A stretch of DNA of 63,744 nucleotides, the filler included, from Reticulomyxa filosa (Eukaryota; Protista; Foraminifera), in NCBI GenBank assembly GCA_000512085.1. It is 21 parts of 21 records of this genome, joined end to end, with 100 filler letters (N's around TTAATTAATTAA, not from the genome) between each part and the next. Parts side by side here need not be neighbours in the genome. Positions count along the whole stretch, not along the records: positions 49,500 to 52,413 come from ASPP01006920.1; positions 52,514 to 54,876 come from ASPP01017561.1; positions 54,977 to 56,712 come from ASPP01041174.1; positions 56,813 to 59,897 come from ASPP01013288.1; positions 59,998 to 61,858 come from ASPP01011232.1; 16 more parts are not named here. One strand, given 5' to 3'. Below, one piece after another: positions 50,843 through 61,958 of this stretch. The notes below the pieces were generated by a model. It was not told where the DNA came from. It was given only the letters and a program-made list of their open reading frames with translations, and did not search any database. The stretch's first letter is position 1, and each line of letters opens with the position of its first letter. The translations under genes and the position numbers were made by a program.

Positions 50843-52413
50843 TTAGTTTTTGTTTTGGAATAAGTTTCCTGTGCATAAATCTCGAATCCGATTCGCAATA
50901 GTTTGTCTGTCATTCCTATCGGTGACCCCTAAAACAAACAAATCTTCTCTGTCTAAATTCATTAAATCATCACCCTTAAAAGGTTGTGAGTGTTCTTTAG
51001 CCCACCGAGTTTTGAGATCATCTACTGTTGGAAAATATCTTGCAAACTGCTGATCGTCAATTCGAATCAAGTAAGCGTGTAAATCATCAATGTACCATTT
51101 CCTCCAATTTTCTAAAAAATATTTCCAAGCTTCTAGCTGTTCATGAATTTTGCGTTTGAGAATTTGCTTTTCTTGCATCTGCTCAAACATCTTTTCATAG
51201 GATTGATTATTTTTGCTCTCATCATCCATAATTTTGGCCAATTCTTCTTCGATCATTGATGCAGGTAGTAATGACAAGTTTGAAGCATTTTCATTGGATT
51301 CGCTTGAGTCCATGCTATATGCTTTCTCTTGAGTGGTTGTCATAGATTTACTTTCATTTGTCAAAATGTCTTTTTTAGCCTTTGGCATTGAAGACTTGGA
51401 TTGATTAGCATTAAGCTCAAAAATTTGAGGATTATTCACGATTGTATTTTTTTTCTCTTTTTCTATGGCCAAATGTAAATCTGCAGATCCATTTTCTTGT
51501 TTATTAACATGAGCAAAATTGTGATTATTCCATGGAAATATAGTGCGTTTGTTTGCTACAAGTTCGGCTTCACTGTTGCCATTGGTTTTGTTTGTTTTGC
51601 TTTGATTCATCATTTTCTCAGTCTCACCAGAATCTCGGTGAATATCTGTCATTCCAACAAGACCAAACAGCTGCAAGTTATTTTTCCTCGAATCAGTCTG
51701 TTTGGGAACAGATGATCCTGGTGTAAGCAGCAAAGGGAAACTCCCAAAATGTGGTGGAATTGGTGGATCATCACACTCACGTAACATTTTTGGTGCCAAG
51801 TTTTTCATACCCATTGGAAGAATATCATATCTTGCACATGAAGAAGGCAACATCGGATCATTTGGTGGTGCTGATTCTGAATGAATCAATTGTGTCTTCA
51901 TTAATGCTTGAGACAAATCAAAATTCAAATTTGGCAGACTCATCATTGAATTAATTGGTGCCATTGGAGGAGATGCAACTTTCTTGATATTGTTGCCTAA
52001 ACCATCAAACACATTTGAAATTTTGTCATTCTTTTTGTCAATGTCATTCAACAAATTGCTCTTTTCCAGAGGGAAATTTATGTTTATTGATTCTTTCTTT
52101 TTTGATTGCATTTGCTGCATTTGCCGGTTTTCTGTCAGTTGCACATTTTTCCAAACCCAATTTATTTACATACTTTTAAAACACAAATTACAAAAAAAAA
52201 AAAAAAAAATTTTGAACTTAAAAAGATATAACCATCATTTTTTAAATAAAAATCAAACAAGGTAACTTGGGTTTTGGTCATTTGAATTATTTTGTGTGCA
52301 TGCTCTCGATTGTGGCTAAGAAAAAAGTGTCAACATTTTCATTCATTTGGTTTTTTTTAAAAAAAAAAAAAAGATCATTTAGATAAAAGTATATAACTAT
52401 CACAGCACAGCAG
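50843..52413 (-). CDS. Disordered protein with C-terminal SAM domain
   Basis: 433-aa exon ending W..DDLHAYL...FKGDDLMNLDREDLFVLGVTDRNDRQTIANRIRDL, a sterile alpha motif pattern. Confidence 0.75.
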
Positions 52414-52559
52414 NNNNNNNNNNNNNNNNNNNNNNNNNNNNNNNNNNNNNNNNNNNNTTAATTAATTAANNNNNNNNNNNNNNNNNNNNNNNNNNNNNNN
52501 NNNNNNNNNNNNNTCATATTTAAAAACTACAAGACTTTTAGATATTTTTTAAAAAAACA

Positions 52560-52860
52560 ATTAGGTCTAAATGTTGATTTTTCATGGAGAAAATCAATTA
52601 TCATCATAAGATATGTTTTATGCGTTCAGTTTTCTTTGCAACCTACTGTATGATGTGAAATCAGGAAAAGAAATTGCAACCTAGAAAGGACATAGCAAGA
52701 CAGTAAAAGAAATTGCAACCTAGAAAGGACATAGCAAGACAGTAAAAGATTTTAAGTCACTTCCAGATTGACAAACTGTTGTTTCCTGCTCCGAAGACAA
52801 AACAATTCGATTTTGTGATGTCAGACTATGTGTGGAAAAACAACAATTAAAAGGGTATTA
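52560..52860 (+). pseudogene. Decayed WD40 fragment
   Basis: YDVKSGKEI / KGHSKTVK / VVSCSEDKTIRFCDV with frameshifts and an internal duplication. Confidence 0.7.
52666..52743 (+). repeat. Perfect 39-bp tandem duplication
   Basis: AAAAGAAATTGCAACCTAGAAAGGACATAGCAAGACAGT x2, followed by AAAAGA. Confidence 0.95.
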
Positions 52861-53494
52861 TTGTATCGGTTTTATATGATGAATCGATTCGACTTTGGGA
52901 ATTGTTTCAATAACATAAAATCCTTTTTAAAAGTTGTAAAGTGAATTTTTTTGTTATTTCAAGTAAATAATACATGTTGTTACTTTTAAAGAACTGTTAT
53001 TACACTTTTCTTTCAAACATAAACAAAATCTCTATTTTGGAAAACTTGGAACGGATTAATTTCTTTTTGTTCTGTCTTTTGAAACGTAGTCTTTCTCTAA
53101 ATGCGCAACAATCAAAAGGGTAGCAAATCCCATTACCAAATATCAATACTTGTATTTTGAAACGGTCATTTTCTTTAACAAACAAGTTTTGAGTGATTTG
53201 AATAAGAATGTTATTAGCTTGTGAAGTTAACTTTTCCTCTTTGAATAAGAAAATCCACAGAAAAAAAACAAAAAAAAGAACACGAACCAATTTGAGAGTA
53301 ATTGTCTTGTGTGTGTGGCACTGGTCCCAAAATATGTACAGTTTGGCAACACACAAAGAAAGATGAAGACGGGCAACAAAAAACACACACACAGTAGCAA
53401 CGACGAAATAAAAAAAGATATCACAACAACAACAACAAAAACAAAACAAAATAAAACAAAAACACGCACAAAAAAAAGTGTGCGAGCTAACATT

Positions 53495-54283
53495 TTAAAT
53501 GATACCAGTATCCTTAACACTGTTAATAAGAAAGACAGACTTTGCAGACGCTGCCCGTTCGTGCGCAGGTCTGGGACCAATGGACGCTTTGCCATCTGGC
53601 ATAAGTACAACAGTGTAGCTGCTTTTGACGTGCTTTTTCAAATCAGGAGGTAATACTTTTCGATGAAGTTGTTTGGACTCGTCGACAATAACAGATTTTC
53701 CAGTTTTCTTGTCAACATAGCCATTGTCGCCGGGCTCAATATCTCGCATAGTTAAATGTGCGTCGCTCAATACTATTTCTCCATTGCTGCCAATTCCTGC
53801 AATGCCTTGCAATTTTTGTTCTTGCAATTTCCTTAATCCTTCCATTCGAATCGGGAATTTGTTTTCGTCATCCTTTTTAACAATATACTATATATATATA
53901 TTATATATTTGAGAGATTGACACAAGACAACGGAAAAACACTCATGTTTCTCCAGTACGAAACGCTTGGGGAATCGGCATCAAAATTTAGTTCGATTCGT
54001 TCGAATTGCGTCGGACTCTTAAGATTGACAGTGGTCGGAGCACGAGAGGAAGCCTGACTCGGAGCCATCATCGTTGTGACTGATCTGCCAAACACGGTAT
54101 CAAAAAAATAGAATAAGAACCTGGCTCTCTCTTCTACTGACTGAAGTATTGAGACATTATCAAGCCAAAATTCATATTTTTCCCATTACAAAGACGTTAA
54201 AAATGGTTTCATCACATCATTATGCATATATATATATATGTATATATGTGTATATAATGTATGTATTATAAAAAGTTGTTGTT

Positions 54284-54326
<43 letters not shown>

Positions 54327-54837
54327 TTCAAATATCGTTCATCGTCTTCTCGAAAAGAGGTATGGGTGCGATGATAAGTTTCGGTTTGCGTTTTCTTTTG
54401 AAGCGAAGGATGGGAGACAACATTGGTTAGTTCCACATGGCTTGGGTCGGTACTGATCATTTTGCCGGCAATGGTGGTGATGGGGGACGAAGTAGCACCG
54501 GACAGTTGATGTCCGTGTGTTGCGCCAGAAGAGGTATTCGGGTCAGAATGGACCACGGGCGCGCCAGAAGTCTGCGAGTTGCGATGCGAACTGCGATTGC
54601 GCAGCAACAAGCCGTCAGTGTGATGACGCTTCAACTTTTCACGATCTTCTTTGCTCAGTTTTTGCGCGCGAATGTCCTCCGCGGCTTTATTTAATAAGTT
54701 ATGAAACTGCGGCATATTTTCGAGTTCCTCGACCGTCGGCTGGTGTCCAGACATCCGAGCAGTTAGTTGTGGGTCGTCCGTATTCGATCGCATGCGGGAA
54801 GCTATTTGCAGGTCTATTTTCTCATCCGATTGATTCT

Positions 54838-54876
<39 letters not shown>
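53495..54876 (-). CDS. Hypothetical protein, multi-exon, 5' truncated
   Basis: Coding-like exons 54266-54793, 53901-54095 and 53495-53845 separated by homopolymer/TA-rich introns. No family recognised. Confidence 0.65.
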
Positions 54877-55394
54877 NNNNNNNNNNNNNNNNNNNNNNNN
54901 NNNNNNNNNNNNNNNNNNNNTTAATTAATTAANNNNNNNNNNNNNNNNNNNNNNNNNNNNNNNNNNNNNNNNNNNNTATAAGAATTCGTAAAATGTAGAT
55001 ACAAAAGAAAAAAGAATAGATAAATATGCTGAATTACCAAGAATAACAACTAACTATAAGTGCGAAAGTGCAAGTGTAAAAAAGTTTACTAGTTGTGTGA
55101 ATTATTTCAAAAGTTTAAAGCGAAAATAAATTTATAAATAAACTTGAATAGCTTTGAGTCCACGAAAGTACTACTGCAAATGGATCTTAAAACAATCAAC
55201 TATTAAAAAAAATTTTTAACTAGTAAAATAATTATTACCGAAAATAGCAACTACAAAAAAATATATAAAGAAATACAAAGATATATCAAAATATGGATAA
55301 ATACCTAGAAGAAAGAAAAGAAATAATTGAAATAAAGAAAGAAGATAAAAACAAAATAAAAGAAATAGCATAAAATCAAACAATTACAATAGTT

Positions 55395-55790
55395 GAATTG
55401 CTTTCAAAGATAACAACAATAATCAAATTGTAATTGGAGAATATGAACGTTACTACGGATTGCGTAAATTAGTTGGTGGAAGCAAAAATTATTTGTTATT
55501 TATCAATTATTTTGATAAATTTATCATATTTATTTAAATAAATTCTAATTTATTAAAAGTGAATTTTACCAAATGGAATTTGTTTATAATACATGTCTTA
55601 TATTAAGATTAAAAAATAGACAATCACAAGAAATGGTGGATCAAGAAAAAAATCAAATTATATTTTCATTTGATGCAATGATTTTACTTGAATATAATGA
55701 AAAAGATAAAACTATTAAATATAATAAAATACATATTTGCCAAAGTATTAATCAATTTATTCACATTTGGATGGATAAATGAATTCAACA
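55395..55790 (+). pseudogene. Decayed kelch-like beta-propeller family member
   Basis: DNNNNQIVIGEYERYYGLRKLVGGSKNYLLFINY and LEYNEKDKTIKY..IC resemble the expanded foraminiferan kelch-type family. Interrupted by stops and frameshifts. Confidence 0.55.
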
Positions 55791-56051
55791 AAATTATTAT
55801 TGAATATGGTAAAAAATGTTACTGATTTTGATTTTTATTTCGTAATCATGAAATTTTTTAATTATTCTCAAAATATATTGTAAATAAATATTTTAATTTG
55901 AGTTACTTTGTTTTTTGGATATCATACATTAAAATTCTAAATGGATGCGTTTAAAGAGTTTTTAGACTAACAAAAAGGAATAAATATTTCATTAGAAATG
56001 TCTTTCATTCTAAAAGAAAAAAAGATAACATTGACAAAAAGATATAGGGCC

Positions 56052-56276
56052 TGTGGGACGTCTGCTTCTAACAGTCCACACTGACTGTAATACTAGATGT
56101 TTGCTAATTAAAGAAAGTGTAAATCCCGTGAAACGAAATCAAATTAAATAAGTAAAACGTAAATTGAGAAGAAATGAAAGGAAAGAGATAAAGGAGAAAG
56201 AAGTAAGTTGTGAATAAAGTTTATCCTACATCAGTTCCATTTACGTTCAAGTATTTATAGTGGGACTTGTCCTACA
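56052..56276 (-). repeat. 3' long terminal repeat (225 bp)
   Basis: Minus strand starts TGTAGGAC and ends GTCCCACA (TG..CA, 7/8 inverted match). It contains TATAAATA and is immediately preceded by the purine tract AAAGAGGGTGGAA (56277-56289). Confidence 0.8.
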
Positions 56277-56712
56277 TTCCACCCTCTTTGCGCCATCTGG
56301 CAACATAAGCATCTTAACCGTCTGTTACGTGACAGTTGTCGTTAATGTGTTCGTTTATTTGTTCATTATCTTTTTTACGTTATATGACTACCACTTCATC
56401 GACATCATTCAATGATCCCAACGGTGGAGGTGACTCGTTTAATGGTTCCAACGATTGAGTTGACTTACGATTGTTTCTAATGGTGGTAACGGATCAGTCT
56501 GTTCCATTGGCGGATTTGACTTGTCTATTGGTTCCAATGGACGAAGTTTTTGTTCGTGCAATGCTTCCGATTCTTTGTCTTCATTTTCAATGTAAAGCTT
56601 CCGCAACTTCGACACATGCACAGCCTTTTCAAAACCATATTCACTCTTGATCTTGAGATTATATAACGAATCAAAATTGTTGCCGAAATTTGTTGGCCCT
56701 TATACAATTATT
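56052..56712 (-). mobile_element. 3' end of an LTR retrotransposon (Ty3/Gypsy-like integrase tail, PPT, LTR)
   Basis: Reading ..NFDSLYNLKIKSEYGFEKAVHVSKLRKLY.. resembles the integrase C-terminal 'vHVs.Lk.y' motif and ends at 56439. PPT and LTR follow in the expected order and orientation. Confidence 0.75.
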
Positions 56713-56911
56713 NNNNNNNNNNNNNNNNNNNNNNNNNNNNNNNNNNNNNNNNNNNNTTAATTAATTAANNNNNNNNNNNNNNNNNNNNNNNNNNNNNNNN
56801 NNNNNNNNNNNNTTTTTTTTTTTTTTTTTTTTTTTTATTTTTAAAAAAAAAAAACTAATAATAATGAAAAAGCAAGCAAAACTTTGTCGTTTGCAGTTGC
56901 ATAGTTACATA

Positions 56912-58681
56912 TCAAAAGTGCAACACATCCGCGCTAGCACGGACAGGATAGCTGACTCCAGTTGCGCGCAAAGGATAAGCCGGACGATACAAACAAGGGG
57001 GGTTGTTAAAAACAAGAGGCGACAATTTGTTCCAAGCTGCAGGCGCTGTTACCTGTGTTGGTCTCACTGTCGTTGTTGTCATTGTCGTTGTCGTTGACAC
57101 TTGTGGTCCGATATAAACACGAGTATTGCATGTGCTCATCTTTTCCACATCCTTGCACATTTCTGTCCTTGCATCTTGGTGCACGTGAATGTGCAAGGGG
57201 TCACTATTGTATCTTGCCGTCGTTGGCACGTGCAAATGCAAGATATCATCGCTATTGTTATTGTTATTATTATTATTATTATCATTATTATTGGTATTGG
57301 TATTGGTATTGGCATCTGCATCGTTGATAGTGAAACATCGACGAGGAGGGGAAGGGGAAGGTGTCCTCGGCAACGTATCCAACGCTTCCGATTTGTTATG
57401 TGTTCCAAAGGCTGCGCCCAGTGGCTCACTTTGCGCACGCAACAACAACAAGCCATCATTCAAGTCTCCACTTGCCATCGACTCCGTTTTTTGCAAGCTA
57501 TTGACATTACGCTCCATTTTGCAACCCATTTGTTGCTGTTGCTGTTGCTGTTGCTGATTTGATGGCTCGCCTTTTCTCAAACACACTTTTCTCAAATCAA
57601 GGAAGGGCGACACTTCATTACACTTGCGTCTACGCGATGAAAATGGCGACGGGGTCAAACACTTTTGCGTCCCATCCTTATCGTCCAACGCTTTCAAGTT
57701 CATGTTGCACAGTACCTTAAAGTCTTTCTCAATGTCCTTGTTTGGAAATACCACGTCTATTCATTCACAATCCCCGCGCGCAAGACATTTGTTTTTGCTG
57801 AGTGTGTAAATCACGGACTTTTTTTTTTTTTTTTAAAAAAAGTGTTATTTGCAAACTCATTAAAAATATTAACAAAATATATATATGTGTATATATACAT
57901 ATATATATGTATATATACCTGGCTTTGACGGCGACGTAGCACAAAGTTGATCGACACAGCCCACACGATTTGCTTCCATCTCCAACTCCATCTCTCGGAT
58001 GCGGTCTTTGCCGACAGCGTCAATGGCTTGAATGTTGGCCGTGCGGTACATGCACGAGTTGTCGTGCGTCAATCGGGTCGTTTGTGAAAACAGGCGTCGT
58101 CGAGGTGAAACCTCCTTCAGCAATTTATGTCCGTTATGTCCGTGTTTCACCACAAAGTTCGAACGGCGAGCTATCCATTTGTCGTTTTGTGTTTGCAAAT
58201 TTTGAACACACCAAAAAAAAAAAATTATTATATATATACATATATATATATATATATGTATATATGTATATATACTCTCAACGTTGCTCTCCGACACATG
58301 CTAATGTTACATTTAATACTTGCGAACCAATTCGCAACTGAGGCAGTGCAAATACTTTTTGTACGCTACTTTGGTCCACAAATGTTACGAAACCGTACCC
58401 TCGGGAACGGACTCGAAATCTTTTTTTTTTTTTTTTCGGAGTTTTGGTCACTCTGAGAGTGTTACCAACAAGACTTTTTTTTTTTAGGGAGAAAAATATT
58501 ACCTGTCCGCAATAATAACTGCTTCTCGGATCGCACCAAACACTTTAAAAAAATCAAACAACTTTTGTGATGTGACGTCGTGAGGCAGATTGCCCACAAA
58601 CAGCTTCAGGTCTCTTGTGTCGACGTACTTGGTGCCTCCAACGCCAACTGGACAAAAATCTTGGGGATTGAAGTGGGTCAT
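56912..58681 (-). CDS. Single N-terminal RRM RNA-binding protein (RBM24/38-like RRM) with long disordered tail
   Basis: DTRDLKLFVGNL (RNP2), FGAIREAVIIADR|FRVRSRGYGFVTF (RNP1), LNVTLAC. Downstream exons carry polyQ, polyN and T tracts. Confidence 0.82.
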
Positions 58682-59548
58682 TGCGTTCGTCAAGAGGATC
58701 GAAAGCTCTACTAAGCAAAACAAAATCAACACAAGTTGAGAAAAAGATAGCAATGAAGCAATACTCGCAAAGGGGAAAAAGCTCAATCTCAACAAAAAAA
58801 GTCTTTTGAAAGAACGTCTAGGGTTAAAAACAATCTGCGCTCTGATTTTGTGGAGATTAGACGGATAATTGGTTGTGGTAAGTACTAACATTAAAACAGA
58901 CAGAAACTTCGTTGAAAAAAAGTTTGTCAGCTCCTTTACACAGCAAATGTCCTCTTATCATAATGTGCAAATATTGTGTCGATGTACAAAAGTTGTTTTC
59001 TTTTGTATACTTGCGAGGATCAACTTTTTAAAGTTGTAGCCAATTAGTTTCTTCTACCGAAGTTAATTGAAGAAGCGGTTACAAAAATGTAAACGAAACA
59101 TAAGTACCAATACAAAAAGAAATGAGATCGATCACAAAAACAAAAAAGGGAGTGCAAAAAAAATGCGTAGAACGCTTCAGTGAGGAGACAAAGAATGAAA
59201 TTGAAATGTACTCACACATTAAAGAAGCCACCAAAGCAAAGGAACCAGAGAAATTGTAAAAAGACGATACCTTTTCCAAGAGAGAAAAATCTTTAGGAAG
59301 AAAAAAAAAAAAGAAGCGTAATTGTGACAACAAAAAAGAGGTAGTACAAACAATTTTTAAAAAAGAACAGTGCTATACTGTACGTAAGTGTATGTGAAGT
59401 AGAAGCAGAAGATAGAAAAAAAAATAGAAGAGAGCATTGACTATTATGAAAAAGTAAGAAACTGGTTTATTTGAAAAGGATTGGAATGGTGTAAAAAAAA
59501 AAAAAGTAAAGTGAGTATCGAATATATAAAAATTGTCCAAGGGAAGAT

Positions 59549-59897
59549 TTACTTTCTTCTTTTGCCTCTTCCACGGCCTCTTCCAGATTGTTTTTTGTCG
59601 CGCTGTTTCTTTTCCTGTTTGATCTGTTTATTTGTCTTTGTTTTTTTCCCTTCGACCGCCTGTTTCTTTTCCTGTTCCATTCGCTCATGCATTTCTTGCT
59701 TCATTTTCTCTTGATGTTCTAATCTAGCTTTTCGACTTTCCAATTTGGGTATCATTTTCCCCAAAGCTATTAACAGATGATATCTGTTGGGAATATCTTC
59801 TCGGTATAATGTACCGTCTTTTTTTTCCAACAACACTCGTACACGCGAAGGGGGTCCCCAAAAATCTCTTGGATGTTTTTTTCCCATCTTTTTTTTT
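59549..59897 (-). CDS. SRP19: Signal recognition particle protein SRP19, C-terminal part
   Basis: KKHPRDFW..SRVRVLLEKKDG..IPNRYHLL..MIPKL followed by a basic tail. Confidence 0.88.
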
Positions 59898-59997
59898 NNN
59901 NNNNNNNNNNNNNNNNNNNNNNNNNNNNNNNNNNNNNNNNNTTAATTAATTAANNNNNNNNNNNNNNNNNNNNNNNNNNNNNNNNNNNNNNNNNNNN

Positions 59998-61858
59998 AAA
60001 AATAAAAAAAAATTTATGTATATACATACCACCCCTACTTTGACCAGCATTCCATCACTATTGCTGGACAAGAATTCTTCCATTACCTCGTCGGAATCTA
60101 ATTGATACAGCATGCAATTGTCCGCCTCCAACAAAATGCCATGATTATAGCTTTTGAGAAAATCGTCCAAATCGGGTAATTGTTGATGTTTGCTGTAAAC
60201 CCATCGCATATATATATATATGTATATATAAAAGTCGTCCTATCTCCCTCCCCGCATCAACGCAATATATCAAATAGACACACAAACAAACTGCAAAATA
60301 GAAGTTTTATGATGCTTTGGCGCATGCAAATATCGCTGTCGAACATCATCTTCAATATCCTCGCTGTCAGTCCCCACACTACCAAATTTTTGCAATTGCC
60401 GTTCGGACCCATATTGGTTTTGGCTGTTGGGATAAATGGACAGAAACGATTCGCGCTCATTTTTTTCGACTGCAGGAGCGCCTGCGAAATGATCTTCAGA
60501 AGCCACGTCATACATATCTTCCATATCGCTCTCTCCAAGAGATGGCGAAAGTTCTTTCTTTTCACTGCCCGTGATGCGCTTTTTATTGGAGAACATGCTG
60601 CCTTTCTCCCTCCCTCCACCATTGTTTGCATTTTTTTTTGGAGTAGCAGGAGACGAGCTACTCTCATTGCCAGCCTGTTTTTGATCCGGATTTTTTTTAA
60701 AAAACCACACAAATTTGTAATCCAAAAAGTCTTTGTCCTCTGGCTTTTTATAATTGTGATACGCCTTTGTCAGGTCCTGTGGAAAGTGGTCCAATACCTC
60801 GTTTGCATGAAATACATACATTTCCAACTCGGATGTCCATTCTGGTCTCCACACAATCCACTCTTCCGTGAATTCCAAATCAAAACAACTATTTTTTTTT
60901 TTTAATATATGTATATACATATGTGTATATCAATTGTTACGAGTTAGAAGTAAAAATAAATCTGATAACACTTAACGCTTCTGGCTCTTTTTGCTTTTCC
61001 ACTGTCGCGGCAGCTCGCATTCGTTGTCTTACTGTCGTTAATTCTGCATTCAGGTTTTTCATTCGCTTTTCTTTTTCGGCTTTTTTCTCTTCTTTCACCG
61101 GACTTGACACTGATTTGGATCTCGGCTCGATTCCGACATTGTCCTCTATCTTCACTTCTACTCTCATTCCTACCTTCACTGACTCTGCCTGCTTTTCTTG
61201 ATTCTCCAGTTTCTGTTCGACTTGTGCTGGCTGCGCCGCTGGTACAACTTGTATTGGTTGAATTGGCTCTATTGACTGAATTGGCTGTATTGGTTGAGTT
61301 GGTTCTATTGGTTGAGTTGGTTCTATTGGTTGAGTTGGTTCTGTTGGTTGAGTTGATTGAATCGGTTGAATTGATTGAATCGGTTGAATCGATTGAATTA
61401 ACTGTATTGGTTGAGCCTGATCTATTGGTTGAGCCTGCTCTATTGATTGAGTTGGCTCTATCGGTTGAACTGGTTGAATTGGCTGTGCTAGTGGCAATGC
61501 CTGTTGTGATTGTGATCGCGCTGGTGGTTCCACTGGTTGTTGCTGTTGCTGTTGCTTTGCTGTTGCTGTTGCTCTTGCTGTTGCTCTTTGTTGTTGTTGT
61601 TGTTGTTGTTGCTGCTGTTGTTGTTCAGCTAACTCTTGTGGTGATCCGACAGTCTCAGGAGTGGGTCCCATATCTGTTTGTTCTTCCATTTCTTCTTCCG
61701 TTTCTTGCACATCGTCTGGTTCTGATGGCTGAGTCTGCTCTGGTTGTTGCGAATGTTGTGGTGGTTGTTCGGGTGATTGCATGTGTGGAGGTTCTTCTCC
61801 CATTGGAGTTGCTGTTTCATAGAGCAACTCGTTGGGCTCAGCATCGGCATCAGCATCG
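59998..61858 (-). CDS. Hypothetical protein with Q/P tripeptide-repeat region, truncated at both ends
   Basis: Exons 60937-61827, 60270-60920 and ~60030-60209. PolyQ, then (P/S)(I/T/V)(Q/E) repeats, then an aromatic-rich globular segment. Confidence 0.7.
61245..61495 (-). repeat. Coding 9/18-bp minisatellite (PIQ/PTQ/PIE/SIQ units)
   Basis: CAACCAATAGAACCAACT-type units repeated in frame. Confidence 0.88.
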
Positions 61859-61958
61859 NNNNNNNNNNNNNNNNNNNNNNNNNNNNNNNNNNNNNNNNNN
61901 NNTTAATTAATTAANNNNNNNNNNNNNNNNNNNNNNNNNNNNNNNNNNNNNNNNNNNN

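Larger units (their letters stand above)
7429..61958. other. 20 artificial contig-joining spacers (N44-TTAATTAATTAA-N44, 100 nt each) starting at 7429, 10321, 13198, 15167, 20773, 26652, 27847, 32504, 33772, 35539, 36959, 38976, 40079, 44842, 49400, 52414, 54877, 56713, 59898, 61859
   Basis: Identical 100-nt blocks. TTAATTAATTAA puts stop codons in all six frames. Genes are truncated at the spacers and base composition jumps across them. Confidence 0.99.
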
